Shown piece after piece: positions 24,956 through 35,723 of a stretch of 64,000 nucleotides of DNA. Within the stretch, counting starts at the first letter, position 1. Each line of letters starts with the position of its first letter. The DNA lies in contig CM030335.1 of assembly GCA_017654855.1 (NCBI GenBank), positions 124,001 to 188,000 of the forward strand, read 5' to 3'. This DNA comes from Podospora anserina (taxonomy: Eukaryota). The translations under genes and the position numbers were made by a program. The notes below the pieces were generated by a model. The model was not told the DNA's origin, made no database searches, and saw nothing but the letters and a program-made list of their open reading frames with translations.

Positions 24956-26173
24956 TCATTCTACGTCTCCTTCGTTTCCTATCCTCGGGCGTCCGCATAA
25001 CACTTCTACCTCGTCATTTATCCAACTTGTAACCCAATTCCACAGAACTTTCGGCCACTCAACAAACACGATGGACAGTCCTACCACGCCCCCTTTGACA
25101 CTTCCGCCCCAACCCTGCCCTTGGACTTCCACAAGCCCAGGCAGCCCGTAATATCTCAAGATAACTCGCTTGTAACTTTTCCAGCGCCAACTGCTGTCTA
25201 GCTTGTCTGTCTGGAAAGGGCGAGGTGCCCAGAGACCTCTAACGTGGCTAGTAGAAAGGGCGTGAGAACAGGAAAAGATAACATGAATGTAGCCAGAGTC
25301 GAAGGGCGATGGGAGATTAGGCTTGTGCTTGGGTGCTTGTTTCCGAAGACGAGTGCGCGAAGTGATAGTGGTGGTGCGGGTGTAAATAGAACTGTGTGAT
25401 GTTCTTGAGCCGAAGACTGTTGTGTTTGGTAGATGGCTGCAGTGGTACAAATCGCGGTGTTCTTCTGGATATACCCTCATGCTCCCGTGTGTCTGTAGTA
25501 TTTCTGTTTCTTGTGAATATACCACACGACTCAAAGCAATGTGTGACGCGACTTCATTGGTGAACTCAGCGGGCCCGTACGGAGGCAGCCTGGGTGTGAA
25601 TGGAGCAACGTTGATGTAGCTTTGGTCTAAGCTGTGATCCTGCTCGAACTCTCGATGAATGTCGAATCCCGCGCGGTGTTCCTCCTCGGTGGTGAATGAA
25701 GACGGGGATTTCGAGACAGAGGTCCAGGAAGTAGCCAAGGCTGCCTCTGATTCAAGACTCCATGATCCAAACCCATGATCCGACAAAACGCTGTTCCTTC
25801 GATTCGGTATCCGATGCCGGACTTGTTGTGTGGATGAAATATATGGTCGTGTAGATGGAGACCCCGAGGTTTCAGTTTCGGTTGCTTTAGGCGATGAAAC
25901 GTTGTTTGTTGTGGTATCTGGTCGAGGACAGCCATAGTTTTCCAGCCAAAACTTGCATTGTTCGCAAACATTGGTTTTGGTTCTGCAATCGCTGCAGCGT
26001 TTCCAAGATCCTCTGGGCACCCGTCCATTCCATTCGGCGTCTGACCATTCCTCGCGGTCGGACACTATTTCGAATACATGCATATCTTCACAAAGGGCGT
26101 CCATGGTGAGGTATAGAAATCGGGTAACTAATGAGAGAAAATCGGTAAATACTGCAGCAGGTAAGGTAGTCAT
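24956..26173 (-). CDS. Hypothetical protein, 405 aa, with CxxC-x6-CxxC near the N-terminus
   Basis: Uninterrupted ATG ORF that does not overlap neighbouring genes; CSDCRTKTNVCEQC; otherwise low complexity, with no family recognised. Confidence 0.45.
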   Translation of the reverse strand: MTTLPAAVFTDFLSLVTRFLYLTMDALCEDMHVFEIVSDREEWSDAEWNGRVPRGSWKRCSDCRTKTNVCEQCKFWLENYGCPRPDTTTNNVSSPKATETETSGSPSTRPYISSTQQVRHRIPNRRNSVLSDHGFGSWSLESEAALATSWTSVSKSPSSFTTEEEHRAGFDIHREFEQDHSLDQSYINVAPFTPRLPPYGPAEFTNEVASHIALSRVVYSQETEILQTHGSMRVYPEEHRDLYHCSHLPNTTVFGSRTSHSSIYTRTTTITSRTRLRKQAPKHKPNLPSPFDSGYIHVIFSCSHALSTSHVRGLWAPRPFQTDKLDSSWRWKSYKRVILRYYGLPGLVEVQGQGWGGSVKGGVVGLSIVFVEWPKVLWNWVTSWINDEVEVLCGRPRIGNEGDVE

Positions 26174-26549
26174 GTCGAGGCCTCCTACCTAGCCCGTATT
26201 TGGACGATAGCGAGGGTGCACTCTTGGCTCACAGGCGGAATTGCCCGGGATCACCTGACAATGTCGCGTCGCTTCAAGTACTTACCTTGCATAACACATC
26301 TAGAATTGTGATATCTGGCAGCTGTCGAGATAGTTATGCTGTGCATTACCTCTTGTAATTTCATTGACATACATGCTAGGGACACAATGTTGATGTTCAA
26401 GCATCCCGAGACGTGACTGATCGGTGCGGGGTTCGCGTCTATTGACGCAATGGAAATACCAAGGAGATATCGAGCCCTCACAAAGTGTTGAAATTCCACA
26501 AATTCGCATCACTGTGTCAATGTCCCAAAGACACCTAGGTGCACTCACC

Positions 26550-27503
26550 ATGTCCACCGACCCAGTTCTTTCTGAAGCTGATGCCGCTCGCCTGGCCTCT
26601 CGGCGCCAGCTTCCACCTCCTGTGCCAGCCTACCTCCCGACCGGCCCCAACTCGCCTCTGGCTGTCGGCAAAGAGCTGTACTCCAAGATCCAATCTGCTC
26701 CTCGGGTCCTGGAACAGAGCTTTACCATCCCCATCCGCTCAGGCAAAGCTTGGACTGCCTCCGCCGGCTCCGTCATCCGCATCAGCACTCCCGAAGGACC
26801 TCAAGTAGGTGATCTGAACATCTGGTGCGCTTGACCCCTCGAGATATCATCGTCTGCCCATCGACTAACCCCCAGTAGGAATCAACACAACCCCTCCGAA
26901 CGCTTCTGGGCCTCTCGCACCCGCCAGCTCCACTCCACCCACCTCACCACGCACGACCGTCTCTGGTCCTGCCTCCCTTACATGCGCCCCCTCCTCACCA
27001 TCCTCTCCGACTCTCTATCCTGGTACGGCACCGACTCCAACGGCGGACGCGTCCACGATCTCCTCGGTACAAGGTGCGACCCCTACATCAACCACCTCTT
27101 GTCTGGGGGCCAAAGCTATGATCATCACTGCCATAGCAACCTTGTCCGAGCCGTCAGTGAGTTTGGCTTAGAAGAGAGGGACGTGCATGATGTGATCAAT
27201 TTGTTTCAGGTTACGGGGCTGGATGAGAAGGGAAGGTATTGTATGAGTGCTTGCCCAGCGGAAAAGGGGGACTACATTGAGTTTCTGGCCGAGGTGGATG
27301 TGCTGATGGGGTTGAGTACTTGCCCCGGGGGGGATTTGAGCCTCTGGGGCTTTGGGGCGGATAGCGAGAAGGAGATGGAGAAGTGTTGCCGGCCGTTGAA
27401 GGTGGAGGTTTTCCGGTTGGAGGATGGGGGTTTGTTGGAGCGGGAAGGGTGGAGGAAAGCGGAGGTGAGTGGGTACAAGGGGGGTCACGGACTCGGTGCT
27501 TGA
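26550..27503 (+). CDS. DUF1989 / urea-carboxylase-associated family protein
   Basis: GPQVGDLNIW, intron about 26825-26878, ERFWASRTRQL, DRLWSCLPYMRP, VHDLLGTRCDPY, HCHSNL, DVHDVINLFQVTGL, DYIEFLAEVDVLMGLSTCPGGDL. Confidence 0.88.
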
Positions 27504-27638
27504 TGTTTACACTTCTAATCCTCCACCAGGCAGTGGGGTCTACCTTAACTTTGGACACGACGTCGATGGGTTCACGCTTGGGACACATGTAAATGGTAAC
27601 AACTAACTCCTCAATGCTTCCCAGTATCAAAATACAAA

Positions 27639-29125
27639 CTAGTATTTGGTCAGCTCTGGCGTCCCAGCCGCCCGTGGATGCGAGAACTTGGTCTCAACAA
27701 ACACCTTCTGCATGCCGTCCTCCTTGTTGTCAAACTTGTAGTAGACCTTGTCCAAGTCCTCGAGGCGGACACGATGCGAAATCATCTGCACTGGGTCGAG
27801 CTCGCCCGTCTTGATCTTCTCTAGCAACTCCTCCCAGTACTTGTGCACGGGGGCCTGGCCGTTGCCAATCAGGCGGATGCCGCGCTGCATCAAGGATCCA
27901 ATGTTGAAGTGGTTTGTCTGTGATGAGGGTTAGCATGCTGGCAACAATTATAATCGTAGGAAGGAGTAAAGCATACGTATCCAACATAGACACCAGTAAC
28001 ACCGGCACGGCCGTAGTTCCTCACACCCTCAATCATCTCATTGATGATTTCACTCGTGTCCGTCTCGGCTCCCAAGCTCATTTCCAGCCAGTGCATCCAG
28101 CCCTTGGCGTACTCTCCAGCGGCGCACTCGATAGCAACGTCTGGGCCACGCCCACCTGTCAACTCCTTCAACTTGCTCACCACGGTGTCCTTGCTGGTCA
28201 CCCCAAAGCTGAGCTGCTTGAAATCCAGCACCTCAATCTTGTCCCGGTGCTGCTTGGGCCATCTCGACTTGATGATCGACAGCCTGGGCTCGGTATCGAC
28301 AAAGATAACCTTGCTGGCACCCTCGCCGACCGCAAAAACACCCGCCATCTGCCCAACAGGCCCCGCACCGAAGATAGCCACCACATCACCGGGGTACACG
28401 GCAGTATCCTTGACAGCATTGTAGGCCGTCGGCAAAACATCAGACAGCCACAACGCCTTCTCATCTGGAACATCATCCGGAATCTCCAGCAAGTTTACGT
28501 CGCCCAGCGGGACCCTCACATACTCGGCTTGACCACCAGCAAAACCACCCGTCAGATGCGAATACCCAAAGATGCCAGCTGTCCTCCCTCCGTACATGGC
28601 CTTGGTGGTGGTGTTCGAGTTGGTCGTTTCGCACTGCGACGAAAGCTTCTGCTTGCAGAAGAAGCAGTCACCGCAGGCAATCTGGAAGGAGACAACGTAT
28701 CGCTTGCCAACCTGAACCTTGTCACGGACGGCGGAGCCGACCTGGTCGACGACACCGCAGAATTCGTGGCCGAGGATATCGCCCTTGTGCATTTGGAGAA
28801 CGGCGCCGTGGAGCAGATGAAGATCGGAACCGCAAACGGTGGTGCCGGTCACCTTGAGGATGACGTCGCGGGGCTCGATGATTTTCGGTTTGGGAACGTC
28901 AACTGTTGTTGATGTGGTCGTTAGCGATTATTCTTGGGGAGAGTTGGCGGACGCAACCATACCAATCTCGACCTTTTGCTTGGTCTGCCATACTAGAGCC
29001 TTCATCGTCTCGTTAGGGTCGCCGGTGCCCTTCTGGTTGAAGTTGGAGACATCCTGCTGGATGATGTTGTTGTCATCGTGGCCGATGGCCTTCTCGACGG
29101 CATAGGCTGCTTCTGCTGTTGCCAT
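27639..29125 (-). CDS. Zn-dependent medium-chain dehydrogenase (formaldehyde-dehydrogenase-like MDR)
   Basis: CGSDLH, ILGHEFCG, structural Zn site CGDCFFC..C, GIFGYSHLTGGFAGGQAEYVRVP, LSDVLPTA and GAGPVG. Introns 28962-28903 and 27976-27918. Confidence 0.92.
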
Positions 29126-29429
29126 TTTGTCCGAGTATTGTGGCTGTCGTGTTCGATTTGCGTGTCCTGTGGTGGAACGGAGGTCAAGAGCCCCAAGTGC
29201 TGAAGGCCACTGCCACCTTTAATCACTGGTGTTGCTAGATCCATGGCGTCAGACGGTTGCAAGATAGGACTCGGATTGGGCTAGTGCCGTAGAGGGTATG
29301 ACGATGTTTCCCCGTCTTTGTCGATGGTGGTTGAAAGAAGCAGGCGAAAACGAACGGCCGACGTCATTGATCGAGATCTAAATCCTACTTTGGCCTCAAT
29401 TGTGGGCCAGCCTTGGCACGAACACAAGC

Positions 29430-29621
29430 CTTATCTTATCGCCCGTATTGCAGGAAGGTAAGTTCTCACCTCAGGGCGAGTTGCCAGGTAGCTCGCTGAC
29501 TGTCCCGACACAATGCGACATTCCACCGTCACCAAGCGACAGATAGAACTCTCGCAGCAGTTGATGAACATCATGATACAGCTGAATTCCACCGGCGGTG
29601 GCACACCGTAAGCCCCTTATC
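29430..29621. promoter_or_regulatory. Clustered GATAAG (AreA/NIT2-type GATA) elements in a divergent promoter
   Basis: CTTATCTTATC at 29430-29440 and CTTATC at 29616-29621, between the dehydrogenase and the Zn-cluster gene. Function is inferred only. Confidence 0.35.
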
Positions 29622-29774
29622 AGAACAACGCCACTCATAACACCTAGGTACTATTCAGTCAATTTATCCTCACCTTGCTCCATTGCTCGGTTATGAGTTG
29701 CTGCCTGAAATTTATGGGCGTTTTCTTTTTGTTCCAGGTCCCTATCAGATGATTGGTCTGACTAAGACAGATGC

Positions 29775-32216
29775 ATGTCAGCAGCACCCAGGAATTCCCC
29801 AAATTCCTTGGCAATGAACTCGGCAGCAATGGGTTCTCCAAATCCCGAGTCACCGGCAGTCCCACGGCCTTCATCAGATAACACGGGGTGGACAGCAAGC
29901 AGTTCGGGTTCCAGCCACAACGGCAACAATTCTCATGGCAACATGAGTTCTCGACAAGAAGTCTTCATCAGTTATCGTGGTTGGCCAGAGTACCGTCATC
30001 CACTGTTCACTCAACAGGACGCAACCGATAACCTGAACGGGACTCACTGGTCCAAAGGTCTTGAATCATGGTCGCCCTCTCTTGGCGGGCCTTTTCGGGG
30101 GTTGAATACAAGCCCCTTGAGGCATATCCCAACTGGGACTTACTTGCCGAGGCTGGGTGGTATGACACCACAGGAAAGAAAGGTCATCTCAAGGAATATG
30201 CTCCATCACCTCAGGAGGAGGTCTCAAGCTGCCTTCAGCGAAGTCTAGAATCAGAGGCTTTGGTGTCACGGTTTACTGAGGATGATTCCTGGCCATCGGA
30301 TTGTGGGAAGGTAGAGGGCACACCTACAGCCACCTCTCCTTGGACAGTCACTCCCCCTGAACATTCCGAAGAGAAGGCCAAGGAGCTGGCGCATGCCCAA
30401 TCTTTTGACTTGAAAGACTTTGCATATTTCTACGACCATGACGGCCGCGATCACGCAAGCACACACCTTGAAGGCCATGCGTTCCCCAAAACACCTATTT
30501 CGCAACCAGCAGTTACCAAGACTGCCCCCGTACTTGGACCAAGCAAAGTGTGGGCTCTTCCGCCAGTGAGTACAACGATAACGACCAGCCTCTTGAAAGA
30601 TACACTAACCTGTTCCAGCGAATCCGTCGCAGAAAGAAAACAAAGCCGGTTGGCGAGAGTCCGCCGAGCAGCAAGGTCAACCCCATCGATAAACCCAAAC
30701 CGAAGAAACGGGGTGCTTTTACCGACAAAGCCAAGAAACGCAGCACGGCCCTGACTCGCCAACTAAAGTCATGTATCAGGTGTCGTATGAACAGAGGGCG
30801 TGTATGTCTTCTTATCTAGGTATCACGGACTAGAACGAATTCTGACCGCCTCTTCCCCATCAGTGCCTTCCAAACCCCTCCTTCCCTTCCGGACCCTGCC
30901 TCACGTGTCAACTCATGACTGGCCCAACACTGAGCAAGATGCCATGCTACCGCTACATTATTACGGAAGCTTCCCTCTATCGCGAACAAAAGGCCCCCTG
31001 GCAGATCTTCAGCCGTCGCTGGCAAAGCATGGACATTGTCGACATTTCGTCGTCCGACTGGGCACCCTCTTCTCGTATCAGAACCATCATGGTCAGCCAC
31101 CTCAACGTTCCAACACAATTTGCATTTCAGGTCAGAGAGTTCATTCCCACTGCTGGTGACATCTTGGAAGACGAGGTTACCGACCCTGTGGAAGGGACAG
31201 TGACAAAAGTCCCGTTGCCGAGGTTTGCAGTAGCGGATATGAAGGCCACAGCGGAGAACATGAGGGGCTTTGTAGATGGAAATGTCCACAACTTCATCAC
31301 AGCCATGGTGGGGCGAGATGAGCTGTTGTGGGAGACGTATTTGATGGCTTTCAGGCAGGTTGGGTTGGCGAGGGTGAGTTTGATATTGAAACAACGTTCC
31401 AGTTCATCTTGACATGCTGATGGATCACAGACAAAACAAGAACAAACCCTCCTGTCAAACACATTCCGTCTCTGGGTTGTGTGCCGCATGACAAGCTCAC
31501 CAGTGTACATCTGCGGAGACGACAAGCTTGGAGGCACTCCGCACCCGCTTTACGACAACCGCGTCATGATGCCCTTGCTGATGACGGCACAGTTTGAGTG
31601 CATCAACTACACTACCTTTCTAAGACCATGGAGCAGGGCGGTGTTGAAACAGCTGAACGACTTGGTATTGGCGAAAAAGAGAGAATACTGGTTAACCATT
31701 TATTTGACAATGTTTGTGTTACTGCACAGCTGCGCCATGATCACCAAGCGGGACGAGGAAACCGCGAGGCAGTTTAGGATACCTGTCAGTGCCAACTACC
31801 CTGTACATATCCCGAATAGGGCTGACTGAAAAAATAGGGTAAATACGCCAACCCAGCCAGTATCAGAGAACATCACTGTGGTGCCCAGACGATGCTTGCC
31901 CACTTTCACTACATCAACCGAGGGGTCGTTCCCTTTTCGCTGCCACTGCATACAAAAGATGGAAGAAGTGATCTAGCCAAGGCAGCAAATTTGACCGAGG
32001 AGCAGGTCAGCTTTGTGAGAATGACAGCCGAGATGGTCAAAGACAGCGCAAGACGTATGGGGTCTCTTCATTTTCCCACCGTTGATGTCACAACACTGAC
32101 AGACAAGCACAGAAAGCACCATGAGAACTGTCCGGGGACAGGAAGATGTCGGTCATGATTTGTACTGGGTTTCTATGCTCTATGACCAGGAGTGGAGGCC
32201 AAAACAAAACGAGTGA
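29775..32216 (+). CDS. Zn-cluster-like fungal transcription factor (multi-exon, 5' end uncertain)
   Basis: Intron 30566-30618 joins ORF 30068 to the basic region KKRGAF...TALTRQLKSCIRCRMNRGR. Intron about 30802-30863 continues CLPN...GPCLTC...MPCYR. Further introns near 31374-31430, 31784-31838 and 32056-32110; conserved-looking WLTIYLTMFVLLHSC and LAHFHY; stop at 32214-32216. The start may be 29775 or 30068. Confidence 0.75.
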
Positions 32217-32342
32217 GGAGAAGAAAAAAGGCCTAGATGTACGACAAAGCCCCTTCCAAATACACGAAAGCAAAAACTAAACCACCACCCAAAAGACCAA
32301 GAAGAACAGACCTGCTGAAGAAGCACTATCGAAGAAGATTCC

Positions 32343-33665
32343 TCAGTCACAGGAACCACCCGTATTCAACACCCTCCCCGTCACGGGGTGCCTCAACGGA
32401 GCATAGTCCCAATACCTCCCCCTCTTATCACTCCCCTCCTCCTCAAAATCATCATCAAACACCCTCGCCCAAGCCAGCCTCAACGGCCGAGGCAGGTTCC
32501 AGCACATTCCCTCATCATTATTCAGCCAGATCCTCACCAGATGTCTCGGTTTACTCCCCTGTACATTCTCAAACGCCTCTCTTCTGTGAAGCAAGCCGAG
32601 GTTGTTCACAAACCTGATGTCACCCCTCTCCATCCGGGGTTTGATCTCATGTTTCTTGGCGATAAAATGAACCGCGTCGAGGGCCTCGGCTTGCGCCTCT
32701 GTCAACCCTGGAATAGCCTTGCTCCGCGGGGTGAAGGGTGCGTGGCCGACGAGAAGACGGCGGGAAAAGGAGGTGATGAGGCGGTGGTCGTGAAAATACA
32801 TCAGTGCCCGGCGGTAAAAGGGGGGGTCACGGCCGTAGGTGTCGAACGGCCAGTCGGGGGAGGCGAGGGTGTGGATGAGGTCCGGGCGGGTGGCCGCGAG
32901 CTCGTTGTAGACTGTCCAGGCTGAGGCAAAGGTGGATCTGCCGCCTGAAGAGGCGAGCTCTTGGGTGAAGAGACAGAGTGTGTCGGTTACGGTGTCGGTG
33001 TGGAAGGGTTTGTCGGAGGAGTAGATGCTGTCGTGGAGAGTGGACTCAGCGGATTGATCCCCGCGCTGCATGACGTGGATGAGCATCGAGCCGCGCTGGT
33101 CCTGGCGGCCGCGCCGGGAGGCGACGTAAGACGAGAGGCCGAGGTAGATGGCGGTCAGGTCGGCGAGGGGGTAGTCGTCGGGGTCAAGACCGCGGACGAT
33201 GTGAAAGCCTTTGCCGAGATAGATGTCGTTGCAGATGCCGGACAAGATCGGGCCAAGGTCGGGAAGGGGGAAGAGGAACTTGGTCACTTTCTGAGAGTCG
33301 AGGTTGTGGGATTTGAAGAAGGTGAGGGCGGCCAGAATCTCGGTCTTGTCAGACGGGGTGAGGTGGTAGACGTATTCGTCTTCAGAAGGGAATGAGTTTG
33401 AGGTCCAGACCAGGGGTCCTGAGAGCTTTGTCGGCCAGCCGTCAGGCACCGAGGTGGGAAGACCGCCTGCTTTGACACGAGCTGTCGACCGAGCACGGTA
33501 TTTGGCTTCGTCGACTTCATACTCAATGTCCGCGCATTTGCCTCCGTTCAGGCGAGCATCTACGTCGGCTTGTTCGAGCCGGACACGATCGATGTTGAAG
33601 CGGGCACGCAGACCCTGAGAGTAATAGGGTGCCGGAGCAGTAGGGGCATCACTGAGCATGGTCAT
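32343..33665 (-). CDS. TauD/TfdA / clavaminate-synthase-like Fe(II)/2-oxoglutarate dioxygenase
   Basis: GKGFHIVRGLDP, facial-triad FHTD, SAWTVYNELAATRPD, GDIRFVNNLGLLHRREAF and RHLVRIWL; intronless, 440 aa. Confidence 0.9.
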   Translation of the reverse strand: MTMLSDAPTAPAPYYSQGLRARFNIDRVRLEQADVDARLNGGKCADIEYEVDEAKYRARSTARVKAGGLPTSVPDGWPTKLSGPLVWTSNSFPSEDEYVYHLTPSDKTEILAALTFFKSHNLDSQKVTKFLFPLPDLGPILSGICNDIYLGKGFHIVRGLDPDDYPLADLTAIYLGLSSYVASRRGRQDQRGSMLIHVMQRGDQSAESTLHDSIYSSDKPFHTDTVTDTLCLFTQELASSGGRSTFASAWTVYNELAATRPDLIHTLASPDWPFDTYGRDPPFYRRALMYFHDHRLITSFSRRLLVGHAPFTPRSKAIPGLTEAQAEALDAVHFIAKKHEIKPRMERGDIRFVNNLGLLHRREAFENVQGSKPRHLVRIWLNNDEGMCWNLPRPLRLAWARVFDDDFEEEGSDKRGRYWDYAPLRHPVTGRVLNTGGSCD

Positions 33666-35723
33666 GTTGCGTACCTTATCCGACTAAAGAGTTGACATGG
33701 AAAATGGAAGCTGGGCGTGTTGGTGTATTGGTTTCGTGACAAGATGGCTGGCATGGAGAAAGAGACAGAACTTCGGTCGAGCATTTCTTCAGCTCTTATA
33801 GACTATTTCAGGATGACCGAAATCTCAACAGCCTCACATAGGCTTCAGACACCTGCTCCATAAGTGACGCAAGCCACTCGGAGGTAATCATCATCACCAG
33901 TGAGCTATTGTGGATACAAGCCAAGGCCTAAGGTGTGCTTTCAGTCGGCGATTGGGCTGACCTTCAAAGTGTCGGCCGCCTGCCCGTCGAGTGAGGTGCC
34001 GTGGGCCGATGGTCTAGACGAGTCCACTGGATGACTTGGGGGCCATGAGGAGGTAGATCATCACATTGGCCTTTCAGTGCGTTGAGTATCGCATTATTAT
34101 TATAGAACAACAAGACCGGATATTACCCCGTCGTGTGCTGGATTAGCCAGACCTGGAGAACTTGAAGGGTTTTTACTAAAACTCGTGACGAAATTTGTCT
34201 GTCAAGAACTATTGCTCAAGCATCCACCAACTGCGTCTTTGGGATGGGAACTGTCAGCCCACTTGAATAATCAAGAACTGAAGAAGTGAGAGGTGGGAGT
34301 AACATCTCACACCAAGCCAGGCTTCCGACAACGCGCAGGTGCGTACATTCTCACGTGTACAGATTTGATATAAGTCCTGTGACACAATACTAGTTTCATC
34401 AAGGTCTCCCACTGTCTAGTACTCCTGGTTTTATGTAATTGGCATGACCGAGACGACAGCACACTAGGTAAGTGAGTAAGCAGCCTTTACGAGGAACTCA
34501 GGCTGTACAAGCACCTACAAGAGCTGACAACACATTATCTGCATGACCAAGAAAGTCTGACTTGGAATCACGGTAAACATCCCGTCCACGGAATAGGCCA
34601 CTTTCTACACCGACTGACTTTAAATCAATCTGTACCTTAGGTATCTGGGCCATAAACATCGATGTATACTTCATTGAGACCATGACTCAAGTAAGTGTTA
34701 GAAACAATCAGAACAATACTCGGAAATAAAAGCCAAGGCAAGTAAGACCTAAGTTTGAAGGATCAAGCCTACAGCCTTACGTGTGTAACTGAAAACTAAA
34801 GCATGCTTAAAGTTCCTATCTAGGTAGGCAGCCATATTATGCTTGCACCGGGAAACTCTGATGTCAGCCAACGCCGCCGAACGGCAGTTGAGGGCCATTT
34901 CACAAGGACCAAGGAATGGTCGAAAATGGTTGGTGATTTTCAAGGGGGAGCCATGCTTGCAATCCCCGAAGATGTGCCAAAATGAATATTAGCTCAGCAG
35001 CACACATTTCCCACTTGGCCATGCTCCGAGCTGCCAGAGCTACCTTGGAACAGGGTGCGCCACAATCACGACGATATGAATGGGAGTTACCCGACAGTCA
35101 GCACTTTCATCATAGAGAACCTTGTGTCCCTGCTTTGTCGTCCGTAGACCCTAACCCTGATAAACATTCCCCTGAACCCCTGAGCCCCTAAATCATTGAA
35201 GCCTCTCATGATCAGACATGAGCCCTAGGCCATATGTTGACTAAGTGAAACGACGTCCTATGCGAGGCGACCAATGACCATGCATGTGGATTTATTGGTG
35301 GCTGAGAACTCGCGACGGCGCCAAGGCCATAGATGCAAAGCCCCAAACTCAACCAGGCAATTGGAAATGCGGGCAGCTCCAAAGAGGACCCCGGCTCTCC
35401 CCGCTCGCACCCCCAGGTTTTCGTCTTTCCAATCTTCCAGGGACGCCACAAGCGCGTAGATAAGACCGGCGCAATGTTTTGCCGACCGCCATCAGGCGCG
35501 TTCCATTTCAAACATGTTGGCAATGAGCTGAGCTGAATATTCCCTGAAATCTTGTGGCTACGTTTGAATGTCTCACACTTTATTCAACAGCAAACAACTT
35601 GGCTCAGGGTACTTCTTCAACGCTCCCGTCCACAACCTCACCGGGACTTTTCAGGTGTATTTTTGGAGAATGACATAACACAGCACCCCTGGATCCAGTC
35701 AGCAAGCCGCCCGTGTCTCCACC

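Noticed and set aside
27914-28912. 332-aa + strand ORF
   Set aside because: Antisense shadow of the Zn-dependent dehydrogenase.
34080-34700. 61-aa minus ORF and surrounding protein-like sequence
   Set aside because: I could not build a coherent spliced model or find a motif.
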